Shown here piece by piece: positions 13,903 through 27,617 of a stretch of 64,000 bases of DNA. The notes below the pieces were generated by a model that had not been told where the DNA came from, ran no database searches, and saw only the letters and a list, made by a program, of their open reading frames with translations. A program made the translations under genes and the position numbers. The stretch's first letter is position 1. Each line of letters begins with the position of its first letter. Origin of the DNA: Octopus bimaculoides (taxonomy: Eukaryota); the NCBI RefSeq assembly GCF_001194135.2, contig NC_068982.1, forward strand, positions 150,291,135 through 150,355,134, in the 5' to 3' direction.

Positions 13903-16809
13903 GCGTGCGTTCGTGCGTGTGTATGTCTTTGCGTCTATGTTTATCCCCCACCAACACTTGACAACCGGTGTTGGTGTGTTTATGTCCCTGTAACTTAACG
14001 GTTCTGCAAAAGAGCCCGATAGAATAAGTCCCAAACTTAAAAAGGAAAAGAAGTACTGGGATCGATTTATTCAGCTAAAGCCCCAGCACGTTCACAATCC
14101 AATGGGAAAATAATAAGATATATAATCTGGAACACCCAAATAAAATCCTACAGTCACTAAAACACATGACTCAACGTCCCTGGTGATCTTTTCTGGCGAC
14201 GTCATTTGCATAGCATAAATTCAACAGAATATCTTGCCACCACCTGAAAACCAGAAAATACTTCAACTCTGATTAGATATTAGTCTTTAACAAACCTCAA
14301 GCATGATCTAAAATGGAGTATTATTTACACGTCTGGGAAGGTGTTTGAGTACCCGACAGACTGACGAAAATTCACTTACAAACACACAGTAACTATTGGC
14401 CTACAGATCTGCTACCATCTCTCTTTACTTGTTCTGTTTTACTTACAACGCATTCTGGTAGCTTGAAATAGCTTGTTGCATATCGCTTCTCTTCAAGTCC
14501 ACCTGAGACATCCAAGTCTGCTACTCTCAGCACTACAGATATGCCTCAGCTCCACGTCCATCACTTTTTACAGTTCTTTTATCTCTCTACTTTCAATACT
14601 CATTAATTGAGAATAATGATCGTCGAAATTTATTGTGAGGTTCCATGCTGAATTTTCTAATTTTGTAGATAAATGAATTGCTGTCAAGCAATATGTCTCT
14701 AGATAATATTTTAAATTTAAATTTCAAATGTTCAATTATGCTAAAAAGGAAAGCAGAAATTTAAATATGAAGCTGCTAAATATATAATTGTAATGTATAC
14801 ACATGTATACGAGAAAAACAGGTCAATATTTTTTACACGTCATCAATCACAGAATTTTTGTGACAAACAATTAATCCACCAATTCACAATCATCGAATAC
14901 AACAATCTAGTCACAGATAATAACAATCAATCATTATGTTATAAAATAATATGATATAGAACAGGATATTTTAAGATATCTCCTTAATGCAAGTACAGAA
15001 TATGGGAATTATATTCCCATATTCATATCCCCGCAGTTTAAATCTATGTAAGCAACGTTCTCAATTAAATGCATCATCCAGACACAGAAAATTAATTGAA
15101 TGGTTATTTTTCCTGTGATTTGCATAATGCTTTCAGCATGTATAAGGGTGGGGTGTATTGTTATACTTCATACATAAGCCTTCGCATCACAAGAGCAAAA
15201 TATAGTTATTAAAGTTCTCGTGAAAGAGTTATTTTGTTGTTTTTCGTTCAAGGTCTTCATTATTTCGAAATTTTCATTAGTAAATACCAATTATTCTACT
15301 TGAAAAATGTATTAAAGAGATAGAGTCAGGGATTATACCAGGGCCCTGGAAAACAATAATGGTAGACAATGCAAGGAGCTGTTATTTTTGGCCATAAATC
15401 AAGGTTTCTAGAATTTCATACATAAATATTTTCTTCGTTTAAGAATTTATAGAAAAGACAAGATGGCTTGATTTTTTATATCTTATTTGCTGTAAAATCA
15501 AATTTATCCCTGTACAATTTGAATCGTGTTCTGCAATTACTTTTTGGCTTTCATAATTATGGAAGCCTACAATTACGCTAAAGAAAGAGAAGCCCTTTAG
15601 ATTTAACATGGGAATAGATTATATAAAACTTATTCACTTTTTATCAGTAACTCACTAAAATTATTTGTGATTCATTTATAAGATACTAATGGACCTCGGG
15701 TAGCTTCTATGTGATCGCTCAACCTGCTAGAAATAGCAGCCAAATCTTCCTCAAATCACACCTTGCCATCTTCAAAAATTGACACACTAGATGTTGTAAT
15801 TCAAGATACACAATTCTTAAAGAATTACGGAATGATGAAGACTGAAATCTCTTTGATCATAAAGAGTTGAATCAGGAATGCAACGAATGTACTGCAATGT
15901 AGATGGAATCTTTTTGCTAAGATAGCCAAATAATAACGACCAAACACTGTTCAATTAGGGTAAAGAAAACATGAACAGATAATGTATATCCGGTGTCAGT
16001 TGCCAGTTAATATCTAACTTATGTCAAAAGGAAATTAATAAAATACCGTTAGGATCAACTTCTGAAAAAAATTCAACCGTTGTAATGTTTAATTATCAGT
16101 TTTTATTTGAACCCATAATCAATGCTCACAAAATATTTCCACTGAGAGTTTCGGAAGCAGAAAACAGCCAATACAAATTACCTAAACCCGAGCTAAGACT
16201 GAAACGGTGATAATGCATAAATCGAACCTAAAGATCATTTTTTATCTCGGAAATTATCAGCGAAATTATCTTGCCAAACTTTATTAAACAGAAAGATACA
16301 TACAGTCACACATGCACATGCATATGTATANNNNNNNNNNNNNNNNNNNNNNNNNNNNNNNNNNNNNNNNNNNNNNNNNNNNNNNNNNNNNNNNNNNNNN
16401 NNNNNNNNNNNNNNNNNNNNNNNNNNNNNNNNNNNNNNNNNNNNNNNNNNNNNNNNNNNNNNNNNNNNNNNNNNNNNNNNNNNNNNNNNNNNNNNNNNNN
16501 NNNNNNNNNNNNNNNNNNNNNNNNNNNNNNNNNNNNNNNNNNNNNNNNNNNNNNNNNNNNNNNNNNNNNNNNNNNNNNNNNNNNNNNNNNNNNNNNNNNN
16601 NNNNNNNNNNNNNNNNNNNNNNNNNNNNNNNNNNNNNNNNNNNNNNNNNNNNNNNNNNNNNNNNNNNNNNNNNNNNNNNNNNNNNNNNNNNNNNNNNNNN
16701 NNNNNNNNNNNNNNNNNTATATATATATATATATATATATGCGAGTATGTTTCTCTAAATCTAATTTCCTCAAATAAGAGTTTGCACACATATTACTTGA
16801 ACATAGACA

Positions 16810-17840
16810 TGTAATCCTTGAATTGTCCTGGAGTTTGACCATTTTCCACTTCTGTTCGTCTGACTTCGACTCGGCATTGAAGGGCTTTCAATACTCTGGG
16901 TTATAGTTCCTTAAACGTTTGCTTGTGTAGTCATTATCGAAAGTGGAGCCTAGCTCCCTCAACTCGGCCTCTAATAGATATTAGTTGATTTGTTTGTTTT
17001 TGTATTTGCATTTGTTTTGTTTTGATCCTGTTTTGTTTCGGTTTTAACATTAAACCGAGCAGATCAGTTTTCCTTTTTTGGACCTCTGCAAAGTTGAAGC
17101 ACTCTGCGTTTTCTTCTTCGTATGTTTTACTTGTCTTCGGTCTGGACTCGTTCTTTCTTCTTTGTGCCTTTTTATTATTTTTGTCCTCAACAATTTACTA
17201 TACCTCGACAGTTTTCATTTCCTAAGATGATGTGGTGGCATTGTTGATCACAGCAGCTAACCAACTCTTGGTACTTTGTGTCTTTGGCTGTCTCTGTTTC
17301 CCGTGGCTCAGTGAACTAGACGACTTCTTCCACTGTTTATCCTCGGGTTCGATTAGTGTGGCAGTGGCATCCATGATTTTTGTACCCAAAACTTACAGTT
17401 GTTATTGTCACCTTTGCTATTATCCGCTGTCCCTTTTTCTAATCTACTCCTCCTTTTCCTCTGGGGAAAAAATCCTTCATGTGACTTTTATTCCCGCACG
17501 TTTAACAACCGAGGCTTCGGCCTTGAACTATCAGTCTGAATGCCGTCGTCTCTGCTCCCACAATGGTATAAGAGTCTAGGATATTTTTGTAGTCTTCTGG
17601 AGTCATCAAGAAGTGCATGATACTGAAGACCCCACATGTTTCTTGGGCTCCCTTTGGACTAGGGGGATGATGGCATCGACTTACCTCCTCATCACAAAAT
17701 TGCTGACCTTGTACATAATCAGAAAACGTTGTTGTTTGCGATGAACGGACGTCTTTAACAGAGCCTAAGAAAATAGATTTTATCACACCCACTCTTAAAA
17801 TGGTTTTTATTTGGTTTATTTTACTAAGACATTTAATCAT
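16810..17840 (-). mobile_element. Degenerate ORF1 (gag-like, CCHC knuckle) of an L1/Tx1-type LINE
   Basis: Minus-strand FRLIVQGRSLGC*TCGNKSHMK aligns with LRVVVEGRPPICFQCGVWGHMK at 56.7 kb, followed by a basic, purine-rich tail. Confidence 0.6.
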
Positions 17841-17924
17841 CCACCCTTTACTCTACCGCTGAGCAATAAGTTCGTTTTAGATAACTTTACATTATTCTAT
17901 TTTCATATTTTTGCATTATTTTTT

Positions 17925-18296
17925 TATATTTGTTTCATTCATTTAACTGCAGCCATGCTGGAGCACCGCCTTTAGTCGAACAAATCGACCCGAGGACTTA
18001 TTCTTTGCAAGCCTAGTACTTATTCTAGTCTCTTTTGCCGAACCGCTAGTTTACGGGGACATAAACACACCAACATCAGTTGTCAAGCGATGGTGGGGGA
18101 ACAAACACAGACACAGAAGCACACACACACACAGACATGTATATATACGACGGGCTTCTTTCAGTTTCCGGCTACCAAATCCACTTTGGTCGGCCCGAGG
18201 CTATAGTAGAAGGCACTTGCCCAAGATGCCACGCTGTGGGACTGAACCCGGAACCATGTGGTTGATAAGCAAACTACTTACCACACAGCCACTCCT
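17925..18296 (-). mobile_element. SINE family A copy
   Basis: Reverse complement of the 12981-13390 sequence along nearly its full length. Confidence 0.9.
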
Positions 18297-19049
18297 ATAT
18301 TTTTACAAAACATAGTTTGAAGATGGTCCACTCTGAGGGAGCGGAAAGTGGTGTTAACCACAAACGCGTTAGCAACGAATACGTCAAATTTTACTGATTT
18401 AAAAAAAATGATAATAATTTTCTATACAAATTATCTTGTTTGTGTTGTTTTTGTTTTGTTTTGTTTTGTTTTTTTCATACATTAATATAAATTTTACCAA
18501 CATATTTCAGAGAATAATATTTAATGAAACGGTGTGAAAGTCTCTTCCTAAATCATCATATCTTTCCTCTTCCTCACAGCTGAGAAATATCTAAAACCCA
18601 TTGTCTTGGCAGACAAAATGAAAAAAACGTTGTCCCGGAGAATGGCGAGAGAGATGCGTTGGAACAACCACTCCGACTCTCAGAGTTCGAAGTTATCGAT
18701 AGCCATCTCCGCCCCCATGACTATGAGCAAGGATATTGATAACTAAATTTGAGTGGGCAGATACAGTTGTAAATGCAAGCACTTAAATTTTGGCAAACAC
18801 AATTGAGATAAAGTAAAATAAATACAAATGAAAGAGAAAATGTTAACAAGAGTGGACCGCCTAAAATCACCCATAAACAATGTTTTGTAAAAATATAGAC
18901 ATGAAGAAACATGGGAATACAAAAATGTAAAAGCAAGATAACGGGCTAATTGTCTTAAAGTTATATATTAGTAAAATAAACCAAACAGGCCATGTTTTGA
19001 GTAGGTGTGGTAAAATTTATTTTCCAGGGCTCTATTAAAGGCGTCCTTT

Positions 19050-19674
19050 CATTGCAAATAACAAGTTTTTTTCTGATTATGTACAAGGTTGGAAATTTTG
19101 AGAACAAAAAGGCCATCGACCTTAGTAATTGAGTGTTGTTTCTTTGTTATTTTTTTCATCAACCTTGAAAGGATGAAAACCAAAGTTGACTCAGGCACGA
19201 TTTGAACTCAAGAAGCTTGCTTCCCAGCCACATGGTTCCGGATTCAGTGCCTTGGGCAAGTGTCTACTATAGCCTCGGGCCGACCAAAGCCTTGTGAGTG
19301 AATTTGGTAAGCGGAAACTGAAAGAAGCCCCATGATAGATCACTAACCACTACACACATTTTTTTTTCTCTCCTTGTTTCTTTCTGTGTTCCTTTCTGTG
19401 GAAGAGCGTAGGCTCGAACCGTTAAAGACTTTTTCAATTNNNNNNNNNNNNNNNNNNNNNNNNNNNNNNNNNNNNNNNNNNNNNNNNNNNNNNNNNNNNN
19501 NNNNNNNNNNNNNNNNNNNNNNNNNNNNNNNNNNNNNNNNNNNNNNNNNNNNNNNNNNNNNNNNNNNNNNNNNNNNNNNNNNNNNNNNNNNNNNNNNNNN
19601 NNNNNNNNNNNNNNNNNNNNNNNNNNNNNNNNNNNNNNNNNNNNNNNNNNNNNNNNNNNNNNNNNNNNNNNNNN

Positions 19675-19715
<41 letters not shown>

Positions 19716-20120
19716 GTATCTACGCATGTGTATTTGTGTTTGTATGTTTGCCCTCACCACCGCTTGATAACTGCTGTTGGTGTAATTTTGCCGAATTACT
19801 TAGCAATTCGGCAAAAGACACTAATATAATAAGTACCAGGCTTAACAGAAATAAGTATTGGAGTCGATTAATTTGACTAATAATTCTTCAAGGCGGTGCT
19901 GCAGCATGGATAATGACTGAAAGATGTAAAAGATAAACGATAAAAGTCGGATGAAATACCACACCAGCATTTTTTTCCGACGACTGAATGATACTTTCAG
20001 CTCGCTATTTTCTAGCATGGGCACAAAGTCTTAAATTTGGGTGAGTGGTAAGGTCGATTATATTGATCACAGTGCTTTATTGGTACTTTATTATATCGAC
20101 CTCCGGAAAGATGAAAGGCA
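19050..20120. mobile_element. Cluster of SINE A and SINE B fragments around a gap
   Basis: Family B minus-strand pieces at about 19050-19210 and 19980-20120; family A plus-strand pieces at about 19220-19330 and 19720-19940. Confidence 0.7.
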
Positions 20121-20229
20121 GGGAAAACAATATTACTAAGATCATAGTTAACAGTTTTCAATCACGTAACTTGAGTCACATCAAACATGCAAAAATACAA
20201 CTAAAACATTGACATCAAGAGTGATATTA

Positions 20230-21200
20230 ACACTTGCAACTACCACGTGAGTTTTACTAACCTCATCACCATTTTATCCTCACCACTACCACTGCATCCA
20301 ATAACACCAGTCTCCTTTACCTTCCATACCGCTTCCTCCTTCATCATCACCATCATCGCGCATAACAACCACTACTAATCTCCTCATCAGCTGCTATTAA
20401 CTTCTCCGCCTCTCAATCATCCTTACCATCATCACCATCATCATTATCGTTTTCATCACTCCCACCACTACAACCAATACTGCCAATCTCCTCATCCACC
20501 CCCTTCTTTTCCTCCTCCTCAACCACCTTACCATCATTATTTTCATCACTAAGTTACGACATTACCAGTAAGAAGATGAAAGGGAGCCTATGTTAAACAA
20601 ATTAGAATCAATTAAATATGTTAATTTCTCCGTGAAATATTGAACAAGTATTTGCAAGTATTTTAACCCAATAACGATCTATATTCTTATCGATATGTCC
20701 TTCTTTTAGTGCCTTTTCTTTACTTCCGTTCTTCATTCCGTCTTTCTATCCTGCTGCCCCTGTCTCTATCCTTCATCTTGATGTCTTCCTTTTAAAGTCT
20801 TATTTCCTCTTTCATCCTTTCATTATTGGCTTCCACATTGATTCTCTCTTATTCACTCCACCCAGCCATTCTCCCACCTTCCAATCCATTCTTCCTTTAT
20901 TCCACTTTGCCTTCCTTCAGTTTCATTTCATTTCTCTCCTCTTCAATCTCTCATTTACAATGTCCTTCTAATCTTCTATTCTTCACTACTACACCCCTTT
21001 CCTTGTATTTTGCTCTTTATTTACCACAATTCTTCACATCTATTCCTTCATTTTGGCTCTCCCTTCCGTCGACCACATTTTCATTATATTTCCCATCTCC
21101 CTTCTTTCCCTCCTCTTTGCCTTCCCTCTCCTCTTTTTCTCTGTTACGAGTCTTGGTTCTAATCTATCTTTCCCTCTGATATCTTATTCAATCGTTATTT
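20230..21200. repeat. Degenerate (CAT/CAC)n and pyrimidine-rich low-complexity tract
   Basis: Long C/T-skewed sequence with decayed trinucleotide units. Confidence 0.75.
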
Positions 21201-21399
21201 TCACACATGTTGTCAATCCAGTCAATTTGAATTCAAATAACAGCTAATCCTCATCTTCGTTAATCCAATACATTGTTTCACAAACTCTAAGAGACATCTT
21301 CTTAATGATATAAGGATATAACTGTGAAATATCACACGAACCATGTTAGCGACTTGCATGTACGTTACTTCCTTCTATCAAAACAATTTCCAAAATATT

Positions 21400-21560
21400 A
21401 TTTTCTACTCTAGGCACAAGGCCCGAAATTTTGGGGGAGGGGGCCAGTCGATTAAATCGACCCCAGTACGCAACTGGTGCTTAATTTATCGACCCCGAAA
21501 GGATGAAATGCAAAGTCGACATCGGCGAAATTTAAACTCAGAACATAAAGACAGACGAAA
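21400..21560 (-). mobile_element. tRNA-derived SINE family B ((TTA)n tail)
   Basis: Shares GACCCCAGTACGCAACTGG..ATCGACCCCGAAAGGATGAAA..AAAGTCGAC..GGAATTTGAACTCAGAAC with the many copies in the window. Confidence 0.85.
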
Positions 21561-23304
21561 TAAATTCCAAGATATTGAAAAGAGTTAATGTGTGTGTGTG
21601 TGTNNNNNNNNNNNNNNNNNNNNNNNNNNNNNNNNNNNNNNNNNNNNNNNNNNNNNNNNNNNNNNNNNNNNNNNNNNNNNNNNNNNNNNNNNNNNNNNNN
21701 NNNNNNNNNNNNNNNNNNNNNNNNNNNNNNNNNNNNNNNNNNNNNNNNNNNNNNNNNNNNNNNNNNNNNNNNNNNNNNNNNNNNNNNNNNNNNNNNNNNN
21801 NNNNNNNNNNNNNNNNNNNNNNNNNNNNNNNNNNNNNNNNNNNNNNNNNNNNNNNNNNNNAATCTCAATACGTGAAATTTTGGCCAAGTGCCTTTTACCA
21901 TAGTCTTGAGTTGTCACAAGCTTTAGGTGTGAAACTGGACAGAAGAAAACTGTAGAAACCCTTCAGAAATTTTGCCACAGATTCTGTCACGTTGTTTCTA
22001 GAAGAACGGAATGGTAGACGCTCCGAACTGACAAGTGAGAGAGGTCTTTCTGATATTCCCGTTACCGGAAATATAATAAGAAAGACCTGTCAAGCATATT
22101 TGAACTGGTAACAAGTTTGTATTAACAAAATTATTATATTAATAAATGGATTATTTATATAACTCTTGTACATATGTTTCCATAATAGAAAATTGAAAAA
22201 TATTTTTTTAATAAATGCATAAAAATAAGCGGCTATTATGAAAACGTATGTACAAGGGTTATATAAATAAATCCTTTTATTAATATAATATATTTCTCGA
22301 TATAAACTTACTAATTTGTAAGTGAAATAGTTTTTTTCGTAATTCATATCGTTTTTATATTGAGTTTCTAAGTTACGGTTAATTGTTTGTTTCTTTAAAC
22401 CTTTTGATACATATTCCATTAAAAAATTAGCACGCGCACACACACACATACCCACACACATATTGTGTATGCACGTAACGATGGTCAAATCTGTTTTCAC
22501 TTCTCAATGGAACAGTTTCAAATACGTTCGGTCTTGATTTATTTAGAGTTGTCATCAAATATTCACTTTTGTATATTGAAGCAATCCCACTGAGATCTCA
22601 ACTTTACCTTTCATCCTTTTTGGAGTCGATAAAATAAAGTACCAGTGAAGTACTGGCGTTGCTGGTATCCACTGATCGTAACTCTCCCTCAAAATTGCTG
22701 TCCTTGTCCTGAATTAGAAACTATATTATTGTATATTGAAAGGTCAAAATTTATTCAACTTTTATAGTGGTGCTTGTGCATACATCGAAGCAGTTGAGTC
22801 TCTGAACGGCATTCAACATTGGTTTCATTGTATTTCTATAGTTTAGACACAAGTCGGTTCTGATCGGACATAACTAGGATTAATGAAATTTTAGCCATGA
22901 CCACATTAATCAATGTGTCCTTTTAAAAAAAGCAGCTTATAATTTGGTTGCTATTTCTATCAGATTAAGTGTAATCACTTCACCTGATAAGAAAAAGATT
23001 GTTTAGCTCAAAGTCATCCCCAATTCACCGGGCTTATCCTTAAAGTAGCCCAGCCATGGCCAACCCATCTTTTATTAAGGCGTTTTGTACCCCAGAGTAC
23101 ATTATCAAATGTGTCCTTTTTAAAACAGTAAGGCGTAATTTGAGGGCAATTTAATTGCTATTTCTAGCCGGCCGACCTGCCATGCACAGGATTTCAAGCT
23201 CTTTCTCCATGAATCTCTGTTTTACTGATATCAATAGAATTATTATTATAAGCACCAGTCAGAACAAGTAGCAATTTTTCAAAAAACTCAATAGTAGTTC
23301 AGAT

Positions 23305-23578
23305 CAGTGGTGGTCCGCGGACAGGTGCCGGTCCACGAGACATCAGCTGCCGGTACACGGCGAGTTTCCAGAAAAGAAAGAAACATTATAAAATGCTTAT
23401 GTAATATTGTATTATTTGTTTACAAAATAATATAAGATTAAAAAAATGTCAACTTTTATTATATTCATTATATATATTGTTTCAGGTATAAATTAATATT
23501 ACTAAGAAATATTACCGGTCCCTGGCACATGGGGAAAAAACTGCCGGTACGCCACATCAGATAGTTTGAGAAGCACTG
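23305..23578. mobile_element. hAT (Charlie-like) MITE
   Basis: Ends CAGTG...GTTTGAGAAGCACTG; 8-bp TSD GTTCAGAT (23297-23304) / GTTTAGAT (23579-23586), 7 of 8 identical. Confidence 0.75.
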
Positions 23579-24239
23579 GTTTAGATGATACAGTAATTTA
23601 TCATTTCAGTCTCTGGATTTCTTACACATGATGACTACAATTCATCATGATTGTCCAGGGTGACATGCGATCAGATACTGGTTGCCAAATCCTTTTTTCA
23701 GAAAAAGCTGTTGAAATAACTTCTAACAGTAAAACTGACACTCTGATAGTTAACATTTGAATATTCTCTTCTTCCAATATTCCATATCTCCCATCTTAGT
23801 CATTTCTAATTTTCTACTCTTGATACAACAGTCACTGATTAATTCAAATTAATTTCATTAAAAGATGTTGGTAAAGATTCCACGGCATTTAATCAAACTT
23901 CAAATGGGATGCTCGATTTTAAATATGACAACTTTTGATTCAATATCACTAAGATGACGCATTACAAACATTTGAATATCCAAAATTGATCATTTCGGCT
24001 AGCTTTGTCAAGAAATCTAAAATGATAATTTATTTAATTAAATATTAGGAATTTATTAAAGGAAGGTAATTAAATTCTTGGTTTATAATTTTCAGCGAAA
24101 GTGTATTATATCCATATATTCTTTTACATCTATATCCTTCTATACAACATCCACAAGAAGAAAACTACCTGCAAACTTCTTTGTAGTAAAATTGGAAGCA
24201 ATTTAGATTGGCATGTATCATCCGTTATGTACAAAAACA

Positions 24240-24930
24240 ACAACAATAATAATGGTTTCAAATTTTGGCACAAGGCCAGCAATTTCGGGGGAAGGGACTA
24301 AGTCGATTAAATCAACTCCAGTGATCAACTAATACTTATTTTATCGACCCTGAACGATGAACAGCAAAGTTGACCCCGACGGAATTGGAACTCAGAGCAT
24401 AAGAACGGACGAAATGCCGCAAAGCATTTTCTCAGCTCGCCACCTTTTCAATAATATTAATAATAATAAATTCTTTTCTACTCTAAGCACAAGGCCCNNN
24501 NNNNNNNNNNNNNNNNNNNNNNNNNNNNNNNNNNNNNNNNNNNNNNNNNNNNNNNNNNNNNNNNNNNNNNNNNNNNNNNNNNNNNNNNNNNNNNNNNNNN
24601 NNNNNNNNNNNNNNNNNNNNNNNNNNNNNNNNNNNNNNNNNNNNNNNNNNNNNNNNNNNNNNNNNNNNNNNNNNNNNNNNNNNNNNNNNNNNNNNNNNNN
24701 NNNNNNNNNNNNNNNNNNNNNNNNNNNNNNNNNNNNNNNNNNNNNNNNNNNNNNNNNNNNNNNNNNTACATCGACCCCAGTGCGTAACTCGTACTTAATT
24801 TATCGACCCGGAAAGGATGAAAGGCAAAGTCGACCTCGACGGAATTTGAACTCAGAACGTAGCGGCAGACGAAATACCGCTAAGCATTTCGCCCGGCGTG
24901 CTAACGTTTCTGCCAGCTCGCCGCCTTACA
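24240..24930 (-). mobile_element. Two or more SINE family B copies flanking a gap
   Basis: Head AAGGCGGCGAGCTGGCAGAAACGTTAGC (A box) and GAGTTCAAATTCC (B box) on the minus strand at 24770-24930; second copy at 24240-24497. Confidence 0.85.
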
Positions 24931-24963
24931 ACAACAACAACAACAACAACAATAATAATAATA

Positions 24964-25240
24964 AATTGAGAAATATCAGGATCTAGCCAGAGAGCTGAGG
25001 AGACTGTGGAAAAACCAAGACACAATTGTTCCTTTAGTAATAAGTGCACTTGCCACAACATCTAAAATGCGAACTAAAAGACTGAAAGAAATTGGAACTG
25101 AAACTCGCATTGTCGACTAGCAATAAGTACCATTCTATATTCTGCAAGAGTCCTAAGAAAGATTCTTGAGATTTCAAGAGACTTGTCATCACCAAACCTC
25201 AAGATGAAATACCTGCTAACTAAATTAGCATACACTAGTG
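24964..25240 (+). mobile_element. R4/Dong 3'-end fragment
   Basis: IEKYQDLARELRRLWKTK..VPLVISAL..TILYSARVLRKILEI; followed by (GAT)n then (TAA)n. Confidence 0.85.
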
Positions 25241-25251
25241 TGATGATGATG

Positions 25252-25317
<66 letters not shown>

Positions 25318-25600
25318 GAGGTAACTCGAATGTGGAATCTAAAAACAGAAACAATTCCTATTATAGTAGGTGCCTTCGGTATAATAAAAAAATATTCAGA
25401 CAAATACATAACAAAAACACCAGGACTTACAAATATATATAACATACAGAAAATTGCACTACTGGGCACAGCACACATCCTACGCAAAACGCTTTCAATA
25501 CAGTAACCATAAGAGCACCACAGCAAACCACAGCACATACCCAAGGCGCACAGAGCTGCGCTCGGTAGTGAAGTGAAAGCACGTTATAAAAATAAAACTA

Positions 25601-25603
<3 letters not shown>
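25318..25603 (+). mobile_element. R4/Dong 3'-end fragment between (TAA)n tracts
   Basis: EVTRMWNLKTETIPIIVGAFG...IQKIALLGTAHILRKTLSIQ* plus 3' UTR; (TAA)n at about 25250-25317 and 25604-25681. Confidence 0.92.
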
Positions 25604-25682
<79 letters not shown>

Positions 25683-26089
25683 CACAACGATAGCGACAGC
25701 AGCAGTGACAACGATGGCAATAACAACAACAACTACCACGATGGCAACACCTTAGGCGAACACACATACACAGAGGAATACAGGAACTGTACCATATTTT
25801 GGGGGTCTTAGGACAGCAGCAGCACAATGGGGTGAGAGGTTAGGGCGTTTTTTGGCGTATGGCTGCTGTTGAAATGGTTAAAACCAATGTGTGTGTGTGT
25901 GTGTGTGTGTGTGGTTGAGCCTTTAATAGCAGTTTAAGGTCAGTCGCAGAAAGGAATTCAAAACGGCAACACGCACAATCATATACATACATACACATAT
26001 ATGCACACACATGCACAAACACATACCTAGAGAGAGAGGCAGACAGACAAGCAGTAAGTGTCAGATAGTCTACAACAAAGTCTTCCCCT

Positions 26090-26092
26090 TTG

Positions 26093-26169
<77 letters not shown>

Positions 26170-26853
26170 TCCCCCTGTTGCTTTGCCACTGACTGGAATT
26201 GTTTTAGTTGTGTCTTCAAGCTCTTTCTCTCTTACTCTCTCTCATTCTCTCTCAGTCTTCCTCTTGCTATTAAAACAATAAATGTCCAAAATAATTCAGT
26301 GTTTCAATTGAAAAACATATACGAACAGTTTTTGTTTAGGATACGGTATCTAATATTCGCTGTGCTTGAAAACACAAGACAAACACCACCTTCCTTTGAG
26401 TCACCACTCACTCCTCTCTCATAGATATATATGTCTCGAGTTGTAGCTGTAATTCAAAGGGTCCAGCCTTGTCATATTCTGTGTGCGGCTGAATCTCCCT
26501 GATAACTACGTTAATGTTATGCATGTCTGTGGAGTACTCAGCCATTTGTGAGTTAATGTTATCCTCGTGTGGTAATGAAAAGTGAAACTGACATCCAATA
26601 TTTGTTGTGTGTGTATCTATGTATGAACTTTTCTTTAGATTTATGTATCTATTGTCTCTCTCTTCTGTCTCTTTCTCTCTCTCTCTTCTATCTCTTTCTC
26701 TCTCTCTTCTGTCTCTTTCTCTTTCACTTCCTTTGTGTCCCTCTTCTCTCCCGCTTTTGATTTAACGATGTGTATATGTATCTATGTATCTACTTCTCTT
26801 GCGATGAACACCGTCACCACTCACTGTCTCTTTCACTTTCTTTCTCTCTCACT

Positions 26854-26939
<86 letters not shown>

Positions 26940-27115
26940 TTTTCTCTCTTACTTCCTCTCTGAAACATTTAAAAAGACAAAACGAACGCTGTCGCCGCTC
27001 ACTGTCTCTTTCGCTCTCTCTCTCTCTTTCTCTCTCACTCTCTGATTTTCTCTCTCACTCTCTCACTTTCCCTCTCACTCTCCCTTTCTCTCTCTCTCTC
27101 TCTCGCTTTGCCACT
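26090..27115. repeat. (CT)n microsatellite cluster with a SINE C fragment (about 26430-26560)
   Basis: Direct inspection. Confidence 0.85.
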
Positions 27116-27617
27116 TCTTTGAGATAAGTGTGACGCATACAACAGATACGTACAAAAACAAAAAGTTAGCGTATTAATATTATTGCTAATAACGATAATA
27201 AGGATCTGTTCAGTTTGACTCAGATTTTTTAATTAGCTTTTTTTAACTATACAATTTGAAACTTCGTATACTAGTGTAATTTCTCACGCAGAACACGGTT
27301 TACTTTGAACATTTTTAACAAAATTTCGTATTTTAGAAGTTATTTCGTGTTAAAGTTGTATTTGGGTAATTTTAACCAATCAACGACGTGTATTCAGTTG
27401 AAGAAAGCTACCGCTGTTTGCGATAGTAATTGAAGAGGAACAACTTCAGGGTCATCTCTACTAAATGTCACCACTCTGTTCTATTTGTATGTTATCCTTT
27501 CTTCCTTTCTAGTCAGCACTGTGTATTCTTTACTCTTTTCCTCTCTACTGGCAGACAGCCACTTCTACACTATCAACTACCAGCCAGTGAGTGAACTTGT
27601 CACTGGCACTACAATTA

